64,000 nt of DNA from Setoptus koraiensis (taxonomy: Eukaryota > Animalia > Arthropoda): contig CM106586.1 of NCBI GenBank assembly GCA_048013815.1, positions 2,542,001-2,606,000 on the forward strand, given 5' to 3'. Shown here piece by piece: positions 24,099-33,859 of this stretch. The notes under the pieces are model-generated. The model made no database searches. It had not been told where the DNA came from and saw only the letters and a list, made by a program, of their open reading frames with translations. Each line of letters begins with the position of its first letter. Position 1 is the stretch's first letter. A program made the translations under genes and the position numbers.

Positions 24099-24529
24099 CA
24101 AGTAATACTGATCAAATCAGTATTTCGAGCGCTTAATTTTTTGTGTGGACAAGTATCGTTGAAGGATTCAGAGGAGTTCATGACAACCTGTTAACGCTCG
24201 CAATCGAAGAATTGAGGTAAGTGTGGAAGGTGAGAATACAAGAGACTTCAGCTATACCACTATGTAACGCCTTTGGGAGCAGACTAGACTAATTTAACGC
24301 ATGATTACAAGGATGTGTCCACTCCTCAGCAATCATTCAGTATGACTAAGTTATGTGCCTTTGACAGTATTAATTGTGCGTGTCATAGCTGAGAAATTTT
24401 GCATCCTCAGCTATGACACAGCTCAGTCAAGTTATGTGCCTTTGGCTGTACTAATTGTGCATGTGATATCTGAGAACATGAGCATTCTCAGCTATCACAA
24501 CCAAAAGTGACATTGATGTGCACTTGCTT

Positions 24530-25430
24530 GTTTTCGCAGCATCAGAAATATCCGGATGTCTCAGTCCATGTGAATACTGGAATTTCTGAACATGTTCTCA
24601 CCCCTAGAATTTCTTGAAAATTTGCACAGAGCACTGATACAATGCTAGTGTCAATCTGTGCAAGTTTGATCAAAACGTACTTGCCCGTTTTCGCAGCATT
24701 GGGAATATCCGGATGTCCCAGTCCATGTGAATACTGGAATTTCTGAACATGTTCTCACCCCTAGAATTTCTTGAAAATTTGCACAGAGCACTGATACAAT
24801 GCTAGTGTCAATCTGTGCAAGTTTGATCAAAACGTACTTGCCCGTTTTCGCAGCATTGAAAATATCCGGATGCCTCAGTCCATGTGAATATCGTAATTTC
24901 TGAACATGTTCTCACCACTAAATTTTCGCGAAAATTTGCACAGATGTCTGATACAATACTAGTGTCAATCTGTGCAAGTTTAATCAAAAGTTTATTCCCC
25001 GTTTTCGCAGCATTGGAAATATCCGGATGTCCTAATCCATGTGAATATCGTAATTTCTGAACATGTTCTCACCACTAAATTTTCGCGAAAATTTGCACAG
25101 ATGTCTGATACAATACTAGTGTCAATCTGTGCAAGTTTAATCAAAAGTTTATTCCCCGTTTTCGCAGCATTGGAAATATCCGGATGTCTCAGTCCATGTG
25201 AATATTGTAATTTCTGAACATGTTCTCACCTTAAGAATTTCGTGAAAATTTGCACAGAGCACCAATACAATGCTAGTAGTAATCTGTGCAAGTGACATCG
25301 ATGTGCACTTGCTTGTTTTTGCAGCATTGAAAATATCCGGATGTTCTAGTCCATGTGAATATCGTAGTTTCTGAACATGTTCTCACCTTAAGACTTTCGT
25401 GAAAATTCGCACAGAGTATCTCATCTGTTG
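24530..25430. repeat. 157-bp tandem satellite, ~6 copies
   Basis: The base after ttctca falls at 24601, 24758, 24915, 25072, 25229 and 25386 (constant 157-bp spacing). Confidence 0.97.
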
Positions 25431-25779
25431 GAAATTGTTCTTGTTTTTCCTTCCATTCTTCGCTATTTCTTGATTACGCATCGTCATCATTATCAAATTA
25501 TTTTCCTCGTTGGGATCTGTCCATACTATTCTACTATGCCCAATTATTAAATATCTTAGTTATCTACAAATCATCTCCCTGTGTAAATAATAACGATTGT
25601 TTGCATCCATTCTCCTGCTACGCTCGATTCATCTGGTAACCATCTTACCCTCAGATATAATGTTCATCTAATGTTTAGATCACACGCAGCCTTCTTTGTG
25701 TGGTAATCATTCATATTCATTTGCAACTTCTGTCACCCAGTTTAACCGTAACTGTGCTACTCACGCCCAGCGCTAGTTA

Positions 25780-26200
25780 GCATCGCAGCATTGAGCGTGT
25801 TACTCTCGTCTAGTTTTATCTACAATAGCATCAACAGTGCTGAGAAGCAGTAGTTATTCTGAGTAGCTTCTACTGTTATACAATCTTCTAGTTCTGACGC
25901 CTCTAGCTTCCAGTGCACTAAATCAGAATTGTATACAGCTAGCCTTTTGCTGTGCTAAATTCATCTTGATAGCATCTCAGTATTGAGCGTGATACTCTCG
26001 TCTAGTTTTATCTACAATAGCATTAACAGTGCTGATAAGCAGTAGTTATTCTGAATAGCTTCTACTGTTCTACAATCTTCTAGTTCTGACGCCTCTAGCT
26101 TCCAGTGCACTAAATCAGAATTGTATACAGCTAGCCTTCTACTGTGCTAAATTCATCTAGCTAGCATCTCAGCATTGAGCGTGCTAATCGCGTCTAGTTA
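25780..26200. repeat. 192-bp tandem repeat, ~2.2 copies
   Basis: ttgagcgt anchors at 25791, 25983 and 26175. Confidence 0.92.
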
Positions 26201-26526
26201 GTGTTTCGCGTGCATAGCATTCTGTGTGCTAAATTTAACTAATCAACATTGTAAGCTTTGAGTGTTCTAAATTTATCTAGTTTATTTCTCATAGTACAGC
26301 CTTCACCGTGCTATTTTTTTCTAGTTAGAAAAAGCACTGATTTGTTCTACCCACGTGAATAAACGTATCCATCCGACCCACATCAATAGCTACTTAATTA
26401 AAATTAAGCGCTAAAAAACAAAAACAGATATCTTTGCCATATCACTCATGGCCACGTACCGTGACTCCCTAAAGAATCTGGCGACACAACTGGCCGACAG
26501 TCGCTCCAAATGGAAAGACAACAAAA

Positions 26527-27095
26527 AAGTGATACTGTTTCAATCAGTATCTCGAGCGCTTAATTTTTTGGATAAACGAGTATCCTTGGGACATAGACCG
26601 GAGTATGTGATAACATGTCGGAGATAAACAACTATGCTTGTCAGATCAGAGCAGCCGAGGAGCGACCAAATAAATACAAGTTCTTCAAATCTCTATCTCT
26701 ATGATACACATGTTGATTGCCCCTCTGACCATCGAACATCGAACGAGCAGATGAAACTATCATCAGAAAATCGAATTTACAATTTCAAATTTCGAAGTTC
26801 GAATTGTGGCCACCGAACTTCAAAATGTGACCATCGAACTCTAACCACCGAACTCTGACCATCAAATTTCGACAGAGCAGATGAAATTATCATCAGGAAA
26901 TCAAATTTACAATTTCAAATTTCGAAGTTCGAATTGTGGCCACCGAACTTCGAATTGTAACCATCGAACTTCGACAGAGCAGATGAAACTATCATCAGAA
27001 ATTTGAATTTTCAATTTCGAATTTCGAAGTTCGGATTGTGACCATCGAACTTTGACCCCCGAACTCTGAACATCGAACTCCGACCATCGAACTCC
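26527..27095 (-). mobile_element. HINE 3' arm with TTCGAA satellite, 5'-truncated by family B
   Basis: aagtgatactgtttcaatcagtatctcgagcgcttaatttttt inserted in an A-run. The accatcgaact satellite spans 26730-27095. Confidence 0.8.
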
Positions 27096-27109
27096 GGCAG
27101 AGACTACAC

Positions 27110-28935
27110 TCAGGGATGAGCCTGCAATTATTCTTAGAACTCGGCCTTCGGCCTCGTATTCTGGAGGCCGTCACATCTCCGTCGTCGCTCCCGCGACGAC
27201 TGCGTGCGACGGGAACCCTTCGGGTAGGGTTGATGAGCGCTTCGGGTATCGGGCTGCGCCCTCTACCCTCCGCTCACATGACTGCAATCCACCCACAAAT
27301 GAAGGGGGGAATAAAAAATAAGGATGAGACAAGTAGGAACAACTGAATTACATGCTAATACATGGTGTTGCGCAGTCTGTGCACAGTATGGGCCCGCTTA
27401 CCGCAACCGCACAGGCCCGGCCGCACTTCTAATTTCAGTTGAACCTTGATATCTAGCAAACCGGAAGTGATACTGGAATGATTTAGATTCCATCCTGCTC
27501 CGCTGAAGGTCATCTACCTGATTCTCAATGTTCAGAGCTCTAGCTTAAATTTTATGTAAAACCGGAACCAGAAGTTTCCGCACTTCCGGACCACCTGATC
27601 CATGATGTGGGGCCTCTGCGGGGCCCGTGTGTCAAGTTTCGTGATGATCGGAGCTGGAACCTATTCGCAAGAACACCCGAATCTTCAAAAATACCTGAAG
27701 TCCATGGGGACCCCGAGGTCTCTCTGATAGTCAAGGTTTTTGGTGCTAGTACGGAACTGGCCTTTTTTATTTAATTCGGAGTACAGCGTTGCATATGTTC
27801 CTGGTTATGATGGTGCGATATTAAATCATAGTCCTGCTGTGTGTGATTATTAATTTGGTTTTTTGTAGCGAATAGTGCCACACTCAGATTCTGATGAAAC
27901 TTCCGGTATATGTTCATCTTGATCTCAATAGAACGAAAAAAGTGGTCCGGAAGTGCGGAAGCTTCCGGTTCCGGTTTTACCTCAAGTTAGAGCTAGGGAT
28001 CTGAAAATCACTATACTAGCGTTCCGAAAGACGCTGAACACGATGGCATGATTCTCAGCTCAGTGCGACTTCCGGTTCTCGAGATATCGGCATATTTATC
28101 GGTTAGGAAGGCCGGAAGTTGTCGAATTTCAGCTTCTCTGCACTCGGGGATGAACCTGCGATGGGTCAATTCTTCTTTTAATCAGTCCCTTCAAGAATTT
28201 TAAATAGCCCAGGGCGAGGGCGTTAACGGGTGGTTGCCCCAGGTCTTCGCCTGAAACTGAGGGCAAACCCTGGCGGAGCGCGTTCAATGCGGCGCGTGCA
28301 TCAATTGGTGTTTGCCTGGACATAGCGACTGATAGAAACAGACTGATTCATTTCAAATGAATGAGTCTATTTCTGAGAACTCGGCCTGCGGCCTCGTATT
28401 CTGGAGGCCGTCACGTCTCCTTCGTCGCTCCCGCGACGACTACGTGCGATGGGAACCTTTTGGGTAGAGTTGATGAGCGCTTCGGATTTCGGGCTTTGCC
28501 CTCAGCCCTCCGCTCACATGACTGCAATCCATAGAAAATTCTGGAGAGCGCCACACTTTGATTTGTATGAAACTTCACACACCGGGCCTGTAAGTCCCCC
28601 TGACAATGCTTTGAGTAGTCCGGAGGTGCGGAAACTTCCGTTTTCGGTTTTACAGAAACTTCGAAATACAACGTCTCGAGCGGGATACCCGCGCGGTTTT
28701 TCCTGAATATTTCCGGAACCGGAAGCCGCACACACGTAAAACGAATTCCATTGTACTCAGAATGGTCATATCCTGCTGCATATCAAGTTTCATGGCTCTA
28801 GCTTGAATTTTTTGTAAAACCGGAAGTTTCCGCACTTTAGGACTAGCGAATTCGTTGTTAAGGGGCCCTAAGGGCCCCATGTGTGAAGTTTGGTGGAAAT
28901 CTGAGTGTGGCACTATTCGCTAGAACACCCGAAAA
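27110..28935. repeat. Family B block, largely an inverted mosaic of 8120-10235
   Basis: 27140-27340 is the reverse complement of 9720-9925. 27360-27425 is the reverse complement of ~9510-9575. 27865-28120 matches 8130-8270 and the reverse complement of 10000-10200. Confidence 0.8.
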
Positions 28936-28994
28936 CCGGAAGTCGCACAGAGCTTAAAATTATAGGGGGGTTCCATCGAATAGGAGCCAAGCCA

Positions 28995-30540
28995 GAAAGG
29001 ACCACTTGCATTTAGGGTCTCCAGAATCAAACTGATCTGACATTTATAAATTTAGTATTTTTGAGATCGGAAGAGCCTCCTAATCACAAATATACCAATT
29101 GCATCATCCTTTAGTTCGACGTTTTGCCACTAGGCAGCAATGCTGTTTGTCGCTTTGGGGGCCTCTGGAGCCCCAGTCTTTTGTCATAGAGACACGTTCT
29201 TGGTATCATTGGATAGATCTCTGGTAGATGCATCTATAAATGGTATAATTTTTCCCTAGACTCGAATCCGAGTCCAAAAAAAATCCAAAGGAAAACTTTG
29301 GCCCCATTTTGAGTGGCCCCAGGAATGTCCGCCCAAGAATTTGACAGCTCATAAAAATGTACCTATAAAAGAGCTTCAAAATAATATATAACACAACGAA
29401 ATAAAATTGAACGCCGATGACCAAAAATGATAAAAACCACTCACACATCCCCTCGAATTAGAGATGAAAGGCAGACCGGGTGCTCTCTTGATTAGGAGCC
29501 AAGCTCGATTTCCATAAAAATAGACACGTGGGCTCTGAACGGGCCCATGAAGACGTTTTTGACAGTCCAGAAGTGCAGTAGAGCCTACTTCCGGAGATAA
29601 GAAAAAACCCGAATTTAGGGCCTCAGAGGGGCCTCAATACAACTATCTTCGCACAGTTGTCTAGATTGTTATATCAATTTTGAAGTAGAGTGAAAATTCA
29701 CACTCTGCGTCACCTGAACCGTTAGAAATTCACTGTTGGTTATGTTAGGTACGCATACGCACTGCTAGAGATGTTGGGAGGCTCAGGGCCGATCGTAAAA
29801 GGGGTCAGTACTACTCACAGTACCAGTCTATCAGTGAACGAGTGGAGAGTGGGGATAAATCACCGTAATTCTAATGTCTATATGCCTTCAAATACCCTTA
29901 AATACCCGGAATGCGGTACCTCTGGTATCTCAGTAATGAAGAATTTTCGCACTCGCGTAATACCCGGTCTGGTATCAGGGTACAATACTCTACCCAAAAA
30001 TACCCAAAATACCTGATCTGGACTTGGCCGTCATTCAACGGAGCACCCGATCCACCTTTAGTCTCTATTTTTGGTGGGGGGTGCGTGTGGTTTTTCTCAT
30101 TTTTGGTCATCGGCGTTCGATTTGATTTCGTTGTATTATATATCATCTTGAAGCTCTTCTATAGGGCTATTTTTATGAGCTGTCGAATTTCTGGGCGGAC
30201 ATTCTTGGGGCCCCACAAAACGGGGCCAAAGTTTTCTTTTGATTTTTCTCCGGACTTGAATTCGAGTCTAGGGGAAAATTGTACCCTCTATAGATGCATC
30301 AACCAGAGATCTATCCAACGATACCAAGAACGTGTCTCTATGACAAAAGACTGGGGCTCCAGAGGCCCTCAAAGCGAAAAACAGCAACGCCGCCTAGTGG
30401 CTAATCGTCGAACTAAAGGATGATGCAATTGGTATATTCTTGCTCAGGGGGCTCTTCCGATCACGAAAATACTATATACATGTATGTCAGACCAGTCTGA
30501 TTCTGGAGACCCTAAATGCAACAGGTCCTTTCCGCCTTTC
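28995..30540. mobile_element. Foldback element with ~500-bp inverted arms
   Basis: ~28995-29490 is the reverse complement of ~30035-30540 (e.g. gcatttagggtctccagaatc / gattctggagaccctaaatgc). The spacer contains a family B module. Confidence 0.75.
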
Positions 30541-31088
30541 CGGACTACCAGTTACATGCCCCGAAGCCTCTTCGCGCCCATGTATAAAGTCCGGAGAAAA
30601 CCCCTCTGGTATATGCTCCCAAGTACACTCGATACGGCATCTTTGGGGATCAAAAACGAAAAAAAAAAACAAATCGATAAAGACTGTGATCGCGGCCTCA
30701 ACCAGAAGTGAGACTCTCATAGAGAAGACCACGTAGGTCCTCTCACCTCACTCGCAATATCAAATGAGTACAGAGACACATCTCAAAAGTAGCTCTTTTT
30801 TTAACACATACATTGTGCTTATTATTTTATGCACGAGCGCGGTGCAAAGAAATACAAGAGTTAGCAATGGTAGTGACAATAGTGTGAATACAGATTCATT
30901 GAAACTGAAAAAAATCTCACTTATGGCAACTTGGGCACAATATTTCACTGTTTGTTCATCCTAGTTTGTTTTCAACCATTTTAGGCTCTTAAGTAGACCT
31001 GATATCCAAATTGGACTCGCTGTGTTCGTTCTCTGTGTAAAATTCTGTCGTCGTGTCACATTCGGTTGGCATTGTTAAACTGATCAGG

Positions 31089-33021
31089 CTAATTGAAGTA
31101 TAGATTGTAAATGATTGGACTCAAAGTCAGAATGAGACCAATCGCCTGGTTTTGCGAAAGATGTATGAAAATATGGTTCTCATAGATTAGAATGTATTAG
31201 CCATAGATTAATTCGATGCAGGCGACCAACGACAACTACGAGAGATTCGAGTGAATCATTATATTTTGACTCCACTTGCCTTGATGTACTCCTGCCAAGA
31301 CATGTTGATTATACCGAGAAATGTCAATTGACAGTGAACTGGTGGACCGAACCAATAGTTGATGAACGCGTTCATTTGTCTCAGAGCTTCCGGATTTCTG
31401 CCTTTATTGGAATTCAGTGCCAGCAAGAGATGGATTTTGCTATATAATTTCATGTTCTTTTCAAAAGCAGATAAGGTTATCAGAAAGTTATCATGTAACT
31501 TAGATCGAATGAATGCAATGGACATAGATAGATACGTATTTAGTCACTCACTCGATTATTGATGATTGCCACCGTTGACCACATTACTATTAGAAAGATG
31601 CTGCTGCAAACCAGAAGGCTGAATGCAAAATTTTTCGTTACTGCGTCCAATGTAAAATTTGATAATATTTTGCAGACGAATATTATAAACAACAAATCCA
31701 GCGCAAAAACTGTAACTGATGCAAAGTTGCACATCTTCGAAATTTTGTCGCAATCCCTTACATACATGAAATAATTGTGTATGTCATTGAACACACTCCT
31801 GACCGCGTTTCCTAAATCCACCTCAGACAGACCGAACGTTACTGTGCGTTCTTCATGGTAATAGTTTCTAAATATGAATATTATCTCCTCCAACCTTTCT
31901 TGAATGGTCGATCTCCATCGAACAACGTCCCAATATAAGTTAATTTGCGACACGATTCCTAACACAAAAGATAGAAAAAAATCCACCCCCAATTGAAGAG
32001 TTTCAATTGAGCCAATGAACATAAAGTAGGGCTTTATCCAAGAGAGTAGCCGCTGAAATGAATGACGATCCATTTGATCGTCATCCACTTGGCTGTAAAA
32101 GTCCAACCGGTGAATATATATTATATAGGTAAACACTAAATGGCTCACCGAAAGGGTTGCTATGGCCATTGTAAACCTTAGACATACGGTGAAGATTTCC
32201 TTCCAATAAGCATGGGTATAATGCAGCGGATGTTTGATATTTATGACTTGGTCTAGTAATCTATACGGATTACTATACCTATATGAAAGGGCCTCATACC
32301 TGTTATACGATCGAGATCTGTATCCACGTGCAGAACGTTTGGGCAGATGTAGCTCGGTAAGCGGATGTGTCCAATCTGCAGCGTAGTTTCTTTTATTGTG
32401 GTGATGGCTATGTGGTGATTGCCCACCGTTGTTATGGCTGTTAATTGCGACACGAACGAACTCGCCTTCATAAATTGCCTGTTCATGAAATTTCTGTATG
32501 AGATTTTTATTCAATCGATATGGCCTATTTGTCCTGGAGAGAATCAAATGAGGCTTCTCGATTCGTTCACCTGAGTCTTCATGTCGCTCAATTTCGGGCT
32601 GTTTGCCTATCATAAATATAAACACACGACAAGAGTAAGCGGATTGATAATAGTTGAAAATTTTGTTCATCCAAACGCCCAAGTTACAAATCAGCAGAAC
32701 TCCGTAAACCACTATTTTGCGTGATCTTAGCTCACAATTTGATGTTACAAATGCATCGCGTAAAAATATAACAGATAACCAACCTGGTTCTTGTGAGCAG
32801 TTTTTCTGCAGAATCGACACTAAGAAGATTAGTGCTACACGTAGAGTCTCACAGGTGTAGAATGTAATTAACATCTTTCTCAATAATTCGTAATGTTTAA
32901 TGGCGAATACTGTTTGTCCAATGTGAGTCGATAGGATTTCTTTTACATTCGAGCAAGTGATGAGGTGAATAAATATCACGTAAAAGCGTCTTAATTTCAT
33001 TGAGTTGTTTATATTTTCCAT
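31089..33021 (-). CDS. Gustatory-receptor-like 7TM ion channel protein, paralog A (~581 aa; exons 33021-31552, 31498-31280, 31145-31089)
   Basis: Multiple TM helices, one large first exon and two phase-0 introns near the C-terminus, as in arthropod GRs. The last exon AIGLILTLSPIIYNLYFN* is homologous to that of paralog B. Intron 2 has a GC donor. Confidence 0.65.
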
Positions 33022-33859
33022 CTTTACTTTAGAATTGAATATCTGAGATAAATTGATGAACTATTCCCACAGAGTTACTTGAGTTAAATGGTTGGACAAT
33101 TTTCAAAAATGTCGCTTGCTGCATACAGAAGTTAGCGCAACAATTCATTCAAATTCTGTCTGCATCAATACAACCTCAATTTTGTTTGTGCCCATCCAAT
33201 AATCAAGGGCCTCTTTTTATAGGTGAGCCTTTCGACTCGCTCTTATAAGTGCAATTGGTTCAACCGATTACACACGAACTGGGACTGACAATGAAGGACA
33301 CTGCCGCGATAACTGAAAAGAGCGAGCAAGCCTAAGTGATAGAGATACCATGCTTGCCATGATTGTTGTATTGTTGATAAGTTGGTTGTGCCAAGTGAAA
33401 TTAGGAAGGAAATTCAACTGTTCTGTTAGAAAACAGTTGTATATGATATGATATTTGGAAGTGAACGATTGATTCGTGTCGTTTTGAGACTCCAAACAGT
33501 ACGACCATCATCGAGGAACACCAAGGCAACCGCTTTTGCTATACCAGATCACTATGTCGCTATGCGACGCTAGCGACCATATCTTAGAAATGCGATCGTA
33601 CTTTCTCAAAATGTTTGGGTTTGTCAGGCCAGGGCTTGACTTCTTGGCAACTGTCCCACAGACAGTTTGAAAAGACTCTGAACTGTTGAGGCCTTCAAGT
33701 ATCGATTGAAGTAAACAACATTGAGAGATAAATGAGTCAGAATTTGTACGGTATTGTTCATAATAAACAACAATTTGGAACAGTGTTGACTTAATCAACT
33801 TGTGTAACTCTACAGATATTCCATTAACATATCGATTCAGCTAGAGTGGTTAAACAAAA

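Larger units (their letters stand above)
24099..26412 (-). mobile_element. Complete HINE, 2314 bp, carrying 157-bp and 192-bp satellites
   Basis: 3' stem-loop plus subTIR at 24099-24143. 5' subTIR with short IR cttaatt-aa-aattaagcgct at 26393-26412, followed by an A-run. Deleting 24099-26412 rejoins the flanks into one open frame (IEELAQ-KKTKTDIFAISLMATY). Confidence 0.85.

Noticed and set aside
10686-26560. CRISPR- or integron-like array (palindromic repeat next to foreign fragments)
   Set aside because: Spacing is irregular (kb scale), orientations are mixed, there are no cas or integrase genes, and the motif is fully explained as a Helentron-type 3' end.
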